DNA from: Isurus oxyrinchus
Taxonomy: Eukaryota
NCBI GenBank assembly: GCA_026770705.1
Contig: JANJGN010000036.1
Coordinates: 930,001 to 994,000 of the forward strand
Reading direction: 5' to 3'
DNA length: 64,000 nt
Part shown: positions 1 through 12,233 of the stretch, piece by piece
Layout of the letters: each line of letters opens with the position of its first letter
Numbering within the stretch: the stretch's first letter is position 1
Position numbers and translations under genes: made by a program
Notes under the pieces: model-generated
Told to the model about the DNA's origin: nothing
What the model saw: the letters and a program-made list of their open reading frames with translations, nothing else
Database searches by the model: none

Positions 1-275
1 CCTAAACAGCGACGCACACACAAGTGCACGCAGACACACATAGAGCAACACAGATACACACAGAGCGCCACAGACACAAAAGTGCACACACACACAAACG
101 CACACACACACATGCACACAGACACAGTCAGAACGACACAGACACACAAATACACACAAATACGCACACAGAGGCTTTCACACACACCGGTACGCACAGA
201 CACGCACACATGACACATGCGGACACACTGAGTGACACACACAAAGAGTGAAAAATGCACAGACACATGTGCGCA
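1..275. repeat. Imperfect (CA)n-rich microsatellite
   Basis: Visible low-complexity CA/CAGA repeats. Confidence 0.9.
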
Positions 276-479
276 TTCAAACACAAAAACTCTGTGCCCT
301 GGTCGTCGGTCGTGCCGCCAGTGGGAATTGTTTCTCTGATGCACACTGCGGAAGCAAAGAGAGCTTACGGCACAGACAGCAGCCACTTGGCCCAACGACT
401 TTTCTTCGGCTGAAGATCGAGCCACTCAGTCCAAACGCACTTGCAAGAATTTGGTCCATAGCCCTGCAGGTTCAGGCAC

Positions 480-870
480 CTGAGGTATCCAAACATTTTT
501 AACTGAGCTGAGGCTTACTGTCTCTACCTTCAGGAAGTGGGTCTCAGAATCCCACAACCCTCTAGATGAACCAAAAATTCTGAGGACTTTTATCAAATCT
601 CTGAACCTCCTCATCTCCAAGGAGAACACTGCCGGCTTTTCCAAACCGTCCATGGAACTGAAGTCCCTGGAACAATTCTTATCAATCTTTTCTGGAACCT
701 GTCTGATGTGTTCACATTTTTCTGAAGGTGTAGCGCCCTGAACTGCACACAGTTGATGCGGAACCAGTGTTCATAAAGCTTCATTGTAAGTTCCCTGCTT
801 TTATGCTCTTCACCACTATTTATTATGTCTACGCTCTCGTGTGCCTTTAACCACTTTTTTTTCTCTATAC
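480..870 (-). mobile_element. Decayed CR1 3' fragment
   Basis: Minus ORFs 426..653 and 611..889 resemble the CR1 ORF2 C-terminus (FSLEMRRFRDLIKV; EHKSRELTMKLY). Confidence 0.7.
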
Positions 871-2443
871 CTAAGGAAGGATGCAGCAACAGTTAATTAA
901 TATTAGTCGGAGAATTTGAGTAAAACCGATGTAAGACTGATGAAAGCTCCCTGTAAGTGTTAAGAAGCGATATTTTTGAACAATGTCCTAAATGGAGATG
1001 CCTGGCCTGCAGTAAACTGGAGTCACACACTGACTGTGAATGGCCTCAGTACAATTTACTGATGGACATTTAAAAAGCTCTTTTCATGACTTTTGGGCAG
1101 GCCAAGGCACTTTACAGGCAATGGAGCAGTTTTGATATATAACCGCTACTGCGTACTCAATAGAGAAACTAATTTCAGAGACAGAAATGGAGCCAGAGGC
1201 TGACAGATAAAATTTGAGATTGTGGGGCCTAAGTTTCAGTGTTTGTACTGAGAGATATAGGTTTTATTGCAATAGGGGTGAGTGAATCTTTCCAGTTTAC
1301 CTGTCGTGCAATTGATACGCAGAGGAGCTGACAGGCAACTTGTTAAAATTATATAGCACCTTTAACCACAGTAAAGCGACATAAGCCAAGCCTTATGGAG
1401 CAAAATGTGAGACCAAGAGGTTGGGCTCAATGAGCAAGTTCATCAAAGAGGTCGGTTCTAGGAATTCCCTTCAATGATAAAGGAGAGAGAGAGAGGTAGT
1501 GAAGCAGAATGTGTTAGGGATCGAAGCCAAATGTTAGGGCTTTGGCAGCTCAAAGCACGGTAACAATGATTACAGAATCTTTACAGTGCAGAAGAAGGCC
1601 ATTTCGGCCATCGGGTCTGCACTAGCTCTCTGAAAGGTAATCCTGCCGAGTCCCACTCCCCTGCCTTGTCCCCGGAAAGCTGCACATTCTCTCTTTTCAC
1701 GGATGAGATACTTAAAATGGTGTATCCTTAAGAAGAGAGACTTAGACGAACAGTCATATCAGAGGATAACGGAACTGGAAGAGATTACGGTTTGGGGGAG
1801 GTTGTTTGGAGAAGCCAGTTCCAAAACTCTGCCATCACCTTGTGTAGGAGTGCTTCTTATTTTGTACGAGTTTAGGACAACTGTTAGATTTCAGGCTGCT
1901 CCACTAGTCCTAAATTCCTCAAGCAGTAGGAATCGTTTCTCTCAATCTGCCCTATCAGCTTCCATTATTATCTTGAAAATGTTCAATTCACACCTGCTTC
2001 TCAAATCCGGGGATGAAATGTGAATTAACCCATTCGGTACAACAGTCGGGAGGACATCAACTAGTTCCCAGCATGTTCAAAGGATTTTAATGCAATACTC
2101 AAAAATGTTTTTGTGTTGTTTGAGATAGGGCGGTAGGAGTTTGAGGTTTAAATGAGATACGTAGTGATCATGGGAATCCATTTTACTGAGGATCTGATTG
2201 CGGTTCAGTTGGTGAAATTTGAGTGAAATTCTCACTGTCTCTATCTCCCCATCCCCTCTCTATTCATTAACGACATGACAAATACAGCAATATGCTATAA
2301 TTAAATAGACATTTGACAGCATATTTCAGTGATAATTGCACCCAGAGAAGATGCAAAGAGAAAGAGAGAGATAAAGAGACACACAACGACAAGGAGTGAC
2401 TGTGAAATCTATTTCCCTGTTTTGGATTTCCAGTAATCCTCAC

Positions 2444-2577
2444 CTAAAACACATTGATACACCGTGGTCCCATTCTCTGTGAGATTGTGCTGTGTGTACA
2501 CGGACTGTGCCCTGTTCCATTCACTTCAAAAGTGACCTCACTTTGAAAACAACGGATTTGTGACAAAGAATGGGCAC
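2444..2577 (-). pseudogene. Decayed exon resembling an MHC W-category / class II-like alpha1 domain, with internal deletion
   Basis: Polypyrimidine tract, acceptor CAG>CAC, phase-1 start GAHSLSQIRCFQSEVTFEV, frameshift, then EWNRAQSVYTQHNLTE, donor gtgagg. Family assignment rests on recalled shark WA sequence features and is unverified. Confidence 0.45.
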
Positions 2578-2674
2578 GTGGAGAGCGACAAAGAAAGAGA
2601 GAAAAATAGGTAAGGAGACGAAAACACATTGGGAGCGTGATGGAGGGTTGTAGGATAGGACAAATAGACACAAC

Positions 2675-4230
2675 TTGTAATTCATTGACTGCTCCCGAGG
2701 GTCTGGGATTAATTCTTAACTGTGAAACTGTTTAAAGTCTTGCTATAATTCCCGAATAATTCCTGTGTTACAGGCAAAAAGACGAATTGCACATTGAAAT
2801 GTATTGCGTTTTGAGGAGTAGGATGGGGGCACTTGAATTCAGTCCATAATATTTTTGAAAAAAATCTCATTTAAAAAGTCTTCCAAAGGTATCAGCGGCT
2901 CCTGCCCAGTGGGAAAGGGGGAGGTTGGTCCTTTCTGTGGTGACTGGGGTTGCAGGGGCGATTTCTGCGGTGGGATATTGCGTTACACAAATTTCCCACA
3001 GCCTTCCTTACAGTGCAACCGTGATGACGCTGCCAAAATTCAGTTTACTCAGACTGTAATCGAGGACTGTTAACATAAAGCATGGTTATTGTGTCATGTG
3101 CCGTTGGTTAAAAAGGAAGACAGAAAAATCATAGAGTGCATTTTAATCAAGGTTAATTCCGAATTAGAATAAAACGAACAGAGGCAAGGATAATTTTATC
3201 GAGAGCAGAGGAAAGAGAAACATGAAAAGAGATGGAAGACTAGGCCGGCACAGGAAGAGGGGATGAGAATGAACAAGAGAGGTGACTGTGTTAGAATTGG
3301 TAGATTCAATGCCTAATGAATGTACAAACAGTAGCAATGCCTGGCTGAGCCGATACAGCCGGTAGGTTGTTTGAGGCGGGGCAGGGGCTGTGGGCGTAGT
3401 GAATGGCAGAGGGACAGAGAGGAGTCATCAGTCTTTGTCTATTTTTATAATGGGATGGAATTAAACATCGGGAGGTGGCAGTTTAAACACAGAGGGAGGG
3501 ATACAGACTCTGGGCTTGTTATTGGGAGTTGGGCTGGAGGTAGAATTCCAGTGATTATTCACTGACCAACTTCAGAAAGAAAGCCGCCCGTCATCACCCC
3601 TTCCAAGATGATTGAAGCATTTTAAAAATGCTGGGGCAATCATGACGTTTTGGACCTACATTGCATTTGAAGTTTGTTCAGATTTTAATATCAGGGCTTG
3701 TGTTTCAAAATAGTGTCCCCGGAGATTGTATATGTCAGTGAGGGCGAGGGGTCCTGGGACTTTGCTTTGACTTTTCGTTTGCTTACATGTTTGCTTTGTT
3801 TCAATCAATTTCAATTTTCCCCTCTTCTCCCAAGCCGAAATCATTTGGGAGCTGTAGTTTTGACCAGGCAAAGAGAGAATACTTTTGCCACCAGGAATTA
3901 TCGGACAAGACGTGCAACAGCAGGAGGAAATAATATTAAATGTATATAACTCGTTTTCATTCACTTTTCTACACAGACACTTACCTTGCAGGCAGTTTGT
4001 GGGATGTTTACAATAAGCGGCAGGGTCTGCGGTTTGGGGAGTTAACTCAGAGGTATGAAGTTTGAGACTGGCTGCTGCAGAGGGAGCCCAATGTAATTCC
4101 ATATATTTCAATCTGTCCATCTCTTCCTCAACTCTGCACCTCCGTCCATACCAGTAGCTGTTTCCCCACATCCCTCTCTCTCACCAAACCCTTGAAATCT
4201 TGCTGTCTCAAATTTCATTTAAAATCTCTT
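2675..4230 (+). repeat. Older duplicated block (paralog at ~19135-20680)
   Basis: Collinear matches such as aattcattgactgctcccg / aattcattgcctgctcccg, cttgaattcagt, agagtgcattt.aatcaag and tttcaaaatagtgtcccc / cttcaaaatggtgccccc. Confidence 0.85.
3695..4025 (+). pseudogene. Decayed split exon pair resembling an MHC class II-like / W-category beta1 domain
   Basis: 39-nt exon 3695-3733 (cag..gtcagt; GLVFQNSVPGDCI) joins in phase 1 to an exon from 3835 (SEIIWEL..SFDQAKREYF/ATRNYRTRRATAGGNNIKCI); frameshifted. Confidence 0.35.
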
Positions 4231-4364
4231 TATAAAGCTATTTACAGGTTTATTCACGATCTCTCCCATTCTGAGACTTTATCGGACTAACTCTCCCCGC
4301 TCCCAGAAAACGTATTTACATCTCAATCTTTCTCTAAATGTCTCAGTTTGTTTCGCTGCCTTTT

Positions 4365-5835
4365 ATGGAAATTAATTCGTGGAATGTGGACGTCACTGCC
4401 TAAACTAGCATTTATTGCCCACCCCTAATTGCCCTTGACAAGGTAGTGGTGAGCTGCCTTCTTGAGCCGCTGCAGTCCCTGTGGTGTAGTTACACGCACT
4501 GCGCTGTTAGGGAGGGAGTTCCAGGATTTTGACCCAGCGACAGTGAAGGAATGGCCGATATATTTCCAAGTCAGGATGTTGAGTGCTTCTGAGGGGAACA
4601 TCCAGGTGGTGATGCTCGCATGTGTCTGCCCTTTCCATTTAGATAGCAGCTGTCTTGTGTTTGGAAGGTGCTGTCTAAGGAGCTAGGCGAGTTCGTGCAC
4701 TGCATCTTATAGATGATACACATTGCTGCCACTGTGTATCAGTGATGGAAGGAGTGATTATTTGGGAGTTGCGTGCCAACCAAGCGGGCTGCCTTGTCTT
4801 GGATGCTGTCAAGCTTCTTGAGTGTTGTTGGAATTGCATTCTTCCAGGCAATTGGAGAGCAGTCCATCACCACCCCTGACTTATGCCTTGTAGTTAGTGG
4901 AGAGGCTTTGGGGAGTCAGGAGGTGCATTAGTCTCTGCAGGATTCCTAGCTTCTGACCTGCATTTGTAGTGGCAGGAATTAATATGAGTATCCATTTTAG
5001 GTTCTGCTCAATGGTTAACACGCAGAATGTTCATGGTCGGGATACAGCTATGGCAATGCCATTAAATATCAGGGGCGATGGTTAGATTTTCTCTAGTTGG
5101 AGATAGTTATTGCCGAGCACTTCTGTGGGGCGATTGTTAATTGCCAATTGTCAGCCAAGCCTGGATATTGTCCAGGTCTTGTTGCATTTGGACATGGACA
5201 ATTTCAGTATCTAAGGAGTCAAGTATGGTGCTGAAAATTGTGCAATCATCAGCGAACATCCCCACTTCTGACCTTATGATGGCAGGAAGGTCATTGATGA
5301 AGCAGTTGAAGATGGTTCGGCCAAGGTCACCATCCTGAGGAACTCCTGCAGTGATGCCCGGGAACTGAAATGATTAACCTCCACAGCCATAACCACTTCC
5401 CTTTGAGCTAGATACGACTGCAAACAAAGGAGAGTTTCTCTCTGGCTGACATTGACTCAAGTTTTGCAAGGGTTACTTAATGCCACACAGTCAAATGCAG
5501 CCGTGATGTCAAGGGCAGTAACTCTGACATCACGTCTGGAGTTCAGTTCTTTTTGTCCATGTTTGAACCAAGGCTGTAATGAGGTGAATAGCTGAGTGTG
5601 CCTGCCGGAACCCACACAGAGTGTCGGTGGGCAGGTTATTGCTAAGCAAGCGCCGCTTGATAGCAATTTTGATGACCCCTTCAGGCACTTTACTGATGAT
5701 CAAGAGTATACCGATGGGGTGATAATTGGCCAGGTTGGATGTGTCCTGTTTTTTAATCTACAGGCCATGCCTGGGCAATTTCCCACATCGACGGGTAGAT
5801 GCCAGTCCTGTAGCTGTACTGGAACAGCTTGGTAG
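4365..5835 (-). mobile_element. 5'-truncated CR1-type LINE (RT and 3' end)
   Basis: RT fragments (VRVTALDITAAFDCV) on the minus strand; 3' tail gcatttattgcccac.cctaattgcccttga is shared with other copies. Confidence 0.85.
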
Positions 5836-6184
5836 AATGGGAAAGAACCCCACTGGGTTCTCACTTTGTCTTCTGATTAAACATGAGCTGCAAAAATGAC
5901 ACGTCATTTCAGGATGCAGAGCAATCTGCGGAAGGATGTCAGAAACACAATTAACCTTATGCAGCTTCCCCTAACAGGTGCAATTCACGCCCGGTGGGAG
6001 GAGGGTCTATGCTAAGCACAATTAATTTAACTCACAGTCTAAATATAAGGAACTAGCTAACCAGAAGTGGAGGCGGGGCTCCAACGTTTTTTAATTTATT
6101 TTTTTATAGGATGTGGGCATCGCTGGCTAGGTTACCACTTATTGCCCATCCCTAATTCCCTCTGCTGAGTACTGTCAAGATCAC

Positions 6185-6375
6185 ATACTAACAGTCACAC
6201 ACACACTCACATGCGCACATGCACACACACACTCTCTCTCTCTCACCTACATATGCTTACACACACATGTTCTCTTCTCTCTCTCACACACACAAGGAAA
6301 CACGCGCTCTCTGACACACATGCTCTCACACACATCTCACACACACAGGCTCTCAGACAAGCACTTACACAACAT
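6185..6375. repeat. CA/CT microsatellite
   Basis: Visible low complexity. Confidence 0.85.
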
Positions 6376-7919
6376 CTCGGTTTCAGTACTAGTGGCGAAA
6401 TTCTGCTTTAAATTCTCCCTCCAGTCTGTTGCGCATCTTCCTTTCACTTCAATATAATGGAATCTAACAGTTGGAACCTGTAAGCAATTGCAAAATATTT
6501 AGAGGTTACTCCAGGCTATCTTACAGTTGTAATGCTTTTCTGATCTGTCCACTCGAGGTGTTGGTCACTTTCCCCTGCGAATGTCAAGTTCAGTTTCCTT
6601 CTTGATCTGAAATGGTGAATCTTGTGAATTCACATGCTAGATAATCAAGCTCACAAACAATCGATTGTCTTTTACTGACTTTATAAATGTCAAAAATACA
6701 AGCTAAACCATTCAGTAATAGTTGCATTAATTTATTAAAGGTCTTTAATTTATCAAGTGGTAGATAATTGTTAAAGTATATAATTGGAGCAGTGGATTCC
6801 ATAGGTTCACTTTAACAAACTATTTCTAACAACAATCAAGTTAGCAAGGCCATTACGATGGGAAGGAATTGAATTGAAAGGCAGAAAATATCAAACTGAA
6901 ATGTAACCTTGATAAGACCACACTCAGCATACTGTTGGCAGTGGGTAATGATGGCCTTTAAGGAAAGGAATAGGAAGGTCTACAATCAACATTGTGAGAT
7001 TAGGATGCACAGAGGTCAGAGTTAAAGGATTGAAAGAAGTTGAGAGGAGAAAGGAAGCAAATTTCAAACCCACAGCGCAGTATTATGCAGTGAAAAGAGA
7101 AACACACACACAGGGTCCAGCATCTTCAGTAGTTTCCTCATAGCTGTACTATGTCTGTATCACACACACACGCACACACACGCAAATTTTTACTAACCTA
7201 ATCTCTGCTGGTTCATGTCTGAATCAGCCACACACACACACACAAACACAAACACACACACAATCACACACACACATTTTGACTAACCTGCCCTCTGCTT
7301 GATTCTGCCTGAATCACGCACACACACCTGCACCAACTTCCCCACCGCTATCACTGAGATCATATTGTACAAAAATAATTATCATCACTTCCTATGATGT
7401 TGCCCGAGATTCACCTCTGGGGGTAATATTTTCAATGCTCTGATGTTTTCAGCCATAAATTGTTCTGTCCGTTTCACTGTCAATTTCACACTTGATGGAT
7501 TTTTGGCCACTTGCAGCCAGAAGCAGAAAACTACATATTGCCGAAATAAACAGCAGATTTGGTTCTCAAAAAAACCTGCATTATCAGCACCTCAACGCCG
7601 TTGACCTCATTGTCGACCTCCTCCTACGCAGCATAGGTCTGGACTTCCTCGTCTTCACAGTCATTGCCATATGCTGGTGATGTCTATCATGCACTGCACG
7701 CAGGAGGGCACCAAGGGCGGGCTCACTGCACCTAGAGACAGCTATGCCTCTTCTTGAACGCCACTTCCCTTGCTTCGATTTTACAGACATCTATGCTTGG
7801 TAATATTTATTACATATACAACTCCTGAATGGCAAAAGATGAGAGACTTGCAGAATTTTTAAAAATCTTCTGCTAACTATGAAATTTGGCATGGTGGGCA
7901 GAGATTAACTAAATTTATA

Positions 7920-8985
7920 TTAAAAACAGAAAATGCTGGTAAATTCTCAGGAGGCCTGGTGGCAACTGCAAAGAGAGAAACAGCGTTAACGTTTTCAGTA
8001 CTTGTGACTCTTTTTAGGAGCAGAAAAGTAGAAATATCAAGGGTCTTATACAGTTGAAGAGAGGGGATGGAGAAGCTGAAGCCAAAGTAACGTTACGGAT
8101 AGGTGGGAGCTCAGGTGAGACTTCCAACAACTATCATGGACACAAGACAAAGGGAGTGTTAATGAGACTGTCAAAGGGAAAGGCAGATTCTAAAAGTTGC
8201 ATGAAGATCTGATAGCAGAATCTGTTCGTAGTAGAGCAAGGTTCAGTACTCTCTACAAGCAGGGTCTAAGAACAAGATAGAAAAAAAGTTACAGACTAGC
8301 CTTGTTAGGGTGGTTGTGGGTGAGGTGGTGGCGGGGTTGCTAAGATGGAGTCCATGGTCTGAATTTGTTGAACTCATTTTTAATTGTAGAAGGCTTTAAA
8401 GTGCCCAACTAGAAAATGAGGGCTTGTTCCTCTAGATTATTTGTGGGAATTTGAGGAATAGCACCTTCTCATCTGATTCGGCACGTGCAAATCTTCGGTA
8501 CTTAACATTGAGCACAGTGACTTCAGGCCACGAATTCGGCCCTCGATTCTGTTATTATCTTCCCAAAGCCCAACCCCACTAGGACAGTCTGTCATTGTTC
8601 TTATGTTCTGTTTTCAGAGACCATTGAACCTTGTTTTCCTATTAACCCATTCTACTATCCGGCCTTCAGGGCACCATTAGCACCTGCCGTGGTCTTCAAC
8701 ACTATCATTGCTAATCTTTTTGTCAAGTGTCCATGTTATATTTGTCGTCTCCTCTGAGCTCCCAGCTATCCCTGATCTTCTAGTATCATTTACCTGCTCC
8801 TTATCCTGACTTTAACAGTATGAAAACCCATGATAGTTGCATTTGTCTTTAGCTCTGAAGAGTCATATGGGCTCGAAAGGTTAACTCCGCGTCTCTCTCC
8901 ACAGATGGTCCCAGACCTGTTGAGATTTTCCAGCATTTTCTGTTCATATTTCAAATTTCCAGCATCCAGAGTGTCTTGCTTTCAT
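7920..8985. mobile_element. Decayed interspersed repeat with inverted-like ends (non-autonomous element)
   Basis: Begins aaaacagaaaatgctggtaaattctcag and ends ttgagattttccagcattttctgtt; related fragments at ~25830-26050 and 55620-55870. Confidence 0.55.
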
Positions 8986-9414
8986 ATTTGCTCAAATGTC
9001 AATTAACTTACCTGGACAGACTGGACAGTAGAGATACGACAGATGCACTTCACTGAGCACCTGACGGGTCGCCTGAGGCTCTCTCGCGCCAGGGGCCCTT
9101 TAAAGTGTTGGGCGTTACAATGCTCTGGGTAACGTTCTGCAGCCTCACATCTCACCCTCCAGCACTCATTGGGAGGGACGACGGATTGTAAACCGCCCTT
9201 CCCACTAATTCACGGCAAATACCATATTATCGGGCACGCACCGACTGTGAGCCCGAAGATGGAATGCCGCCGACTTCTGAGTGCCGACCCCGCCATTAGC
9301 GCGCGATTCTATTATTCAGCCCGAAGTTTTTGCTAAATTCCCGATTGGATTATTTCTAGTAAGTACCTCATGCATTTGACCAATATTTTTCAAATCTTGT
9401 TATATGACCTGTAA

Positions 9415-10570
9415 TGAACAGGATAAAAACACAGAGAGCTGTTTATCTCGGCACCATTTTCCAACCCCAACCGTGTATTTATTAACAAACACAGAGCAAT
9501 GTATCTGAGTCTGAGTTACCAATATATTAAAGCAGATCTGAAAACCAATGATAGCTTCATAATAACAGCGTTTTTGATGGATCTGACCAGAAGAGGTGAG
9601 GGTGTCTCTTACGCTAATTTGCAAAGTCAGTTATAGAGCGAATGTGTGGGGGTGAGAAATGAGCTTCAGGGCCTAGATACCAGCTAACGCACTGGCTGGA
9701 AATTTCGGCTCCATCAATAATGTCCCGAGCATTCATTACTTCTGCCCTGGGAGTGAACGCTTATATTTACTCTAGAAAGAAAATTAAGTACAATGAATCT
9801 GCCATTTGGATATTGCAGATCAATTGCTTCTACAGACTAGAATATTAGAATCATAGACAATTACAGAACATAAGGAGGACATCGGCCAGCCACGCCTGTA
9901 CTTGCTCTTTGAATGTGCAATTTAGTCTCACACCCTATTTATCTCCTCATGATTCTGAGAATTAATCCTCTTGTAGCAAAGTTCCAGAAAATGATGGTAT
10001 CTATACTGCATACAGCACACAGTGGCTGTGATTAAAAGCCATGTGTTGAAGATGCTAATTATTTGCAAATGTTAACACAATTCATGTCTCACATGAAACT
10101 ATTTGTCAAACTGGCGACTAAGATTCAGATGTTGTTTCACTGAGAGAATGTCATTTATTTCCATAGTACCTTTAATTTCATAAACATTAAAAAGCTGGAC
10201 TGGAATACGCTGGTGTGATCATCACTGGATAACTGCGTTAGTTTTAAAACTCAGATCGAATGTACCTAACAGATTGAAACATTTCCAAATTAATCAGTTT
10301 ATTCTGCTGTCAAACAACATTCTTTAAAGGTATTTTGAAGGTATTTTTCTCAGGATGCAGATGGAAAAGTTCATTCTGCTAAATACCGCTCATCCACCCG
10401 GAAAGTATCTGACCCCCTCAATCATTAGGGCAACAATTCTTCCTTCAACAATTTCAAGGAGTTTCATGGACCCAATGCCCCCAAATCTATTTCGCTCTAC
10501 CCAGAGAACCATTCTCAATGCTGGTCGTTCTCTGTGTTATAGACCTCGTGACATCAGTCCTCAATTAATC
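9415..10570 (+). repeat. Paralogous block matching ~35738-36830 (3' flank of the type-2 gene) and partly ~54950-55040
   Basis: Shared strings include tatatt.aa.cagat.tgaaaacc.atga.agct, ttatagagcgaatgt and gatgcagatggaaaa.ttcattctgctaa (with 35.7-36.8 kb), and acagagagctgt..a.tcggca.cattttccaacccc (with 54.95 kb). Confidence 0.8.
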
Positions 10571-11378
10571 CTACTTGAAACAAGAATTTGGAGTAGGATT
10601 CGGCCATTCAGCCTCTCGAGACTTCTTCACTATTCAATGTATGATCCGTTCCAGAAGTCCAGCTAACTGCATTCATTCCATAAACCTTAATCCCCTTACT
10701 TGACCAAACAATTGAATTGACACCAACATGAACTGCTTTTAGGGGAAGACATTTGGAGATTTCCACTCAGTGTTGTGTGGAGAAGTGCTTCGTGACATCA
10801 GCTCTGAACGGCCTCTCTCTAATTTGAATATTTATCCCTTTGGTTTGGCTCTCTGTCTGCTCCCCCTTGCCCTCACTGGAGGAATATTTTTTATCTCCAC
10901 CTATCCTTTGAAAGTGCAGGCTAACCAGGTGTTGGTATAATCATTTATCTCTCTAATTAAATATCTTGTTAATAGTTACTTGGTAATACAGAACACGAGT
11001 ATTGTTCAAAAAAGGTCCTTATTTGGCAAAGGTTTCCTTTTTGCGGTCATCAGTTCAATTCGCAAGTAAATACAAATGTTAGTGGAAACAGCCCATTTAT
11101 ACTGTACAAGATAGAAGTACTGATTGGTTGGCAACTGGACTCTGTTTGCCAGACGTGTTTCCATGGAAGATGCACTAGTTGAATGTGACTGACAGCTAAC
11201 TTCCAAGCAAGGTATCTCAGAAATTTGACAACAGTTGAAGCTGACAATTTCATGCAGCTACTATGAAGTAGCACACGCGAATCATATTCACCACTAACAG
11301 AATGCTGCTGTCAAGCCAAAAAACACTCTTTGTATCACACTAATGACTAATGTGGTCAATGAATTCCATTGCCAGTGT

Positions 11379-12233
11379 TGTGAGGAAGATATGATATTGA
11401 CTGTAATGATACTGGAACTAAGTTAACATAGATTCCCAGTGATGTCTGTGCATTTGTGTGTGTATGCCTGCTGGTCTTTATTGGATTGCAGAAAGCTGGT
11501 GTAGAGGCTTTGATGCATAGAAGAGAAGCAGGTTTGAAATGTTAATTGGGTAAACATAGGGAAGTAAGAAATGAATTGTAAAAGGGACAATTTGCAATTT
11601 AAAATTAAGCATTCAAACGATTGGGTGAAATATATTATACCTAGCCAGAAGAAGCAAAGCAATGTGTTTACTTATTCCAAAGCTTACTAATACAAGTGGC
11701 GTTATGGAAGGGTTAGAAGAGGTAAAGGTAAAAAAAAAAATAATTATACAATGGGAATTTGCACTCAACGAGGAAGATATGCATAACGGAAGAGAAGGCT
11801 GTTGGTGAAAATGGAGGGCTTCAAAAACCTAAAGTCTCCAACCTATAAACGTCAAGTCGCTGTTTGCGAGGACCCAGAGCTGAAAGAAACTCGTTTTGAA
11901 TTCGATTTTCCAGAGTGTGCTTTGCCAGGAGTCTATTTAAATCTATGTGTTTTACTGTTAACTTAACGGAGGTGTAACTGAGAGTCAGGATAATTAGGGG
12001 ATTCTTAGAAGTTATTATGGTAGTAATTTGTAAACCTATGTATGTGCTTGCAATTATTATTTAATAAAGGTTCAATTTACTTTACAAAAACATCATGACC
12101 TTATAAGGGTGGCCTTATAAATGATTTCCAAGTCTGCATCTCGAAACATGCAAATTGCAAAAGTTGGTCATGACAGTTGTTTCAAGTTTCCCTCATGGAC
12201 ATGACAAACTCGCCCTTACCATGTATCGTAACA
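11379..12233 (+). repeat. 5' LTR
   Basis: TG...CA; homologous to 17318-18157 (e.g. ggacccagagctga.agaaactc, atctatgtgttt, ttcaagtttccctc). Confidence 0.8.

Noticed and set aside
24-346. His/Thr-rich and Cys/Val-rich ORFs
   Set aside because: Translation of a CA microsatellite.
3695-3965. Alternative phase-0 reading as a dual-ITIM tail (PEIVY|AEI...; IVYVSL in the 20 kb copy)
   Set aside because: It needs a mutated acceptor in both copies and crosses shared stops, whereas the phase-1 reading uses an intact AG at 3833-3834. Not fully excluded, because third-position differences partly favour this frame.
3656-4171. 171-aa minus-strand ORF
   Set aside because: Antisense to the exon-like relic, no recognisable domain, and the paralog at 20350 is interrupted by a stop.
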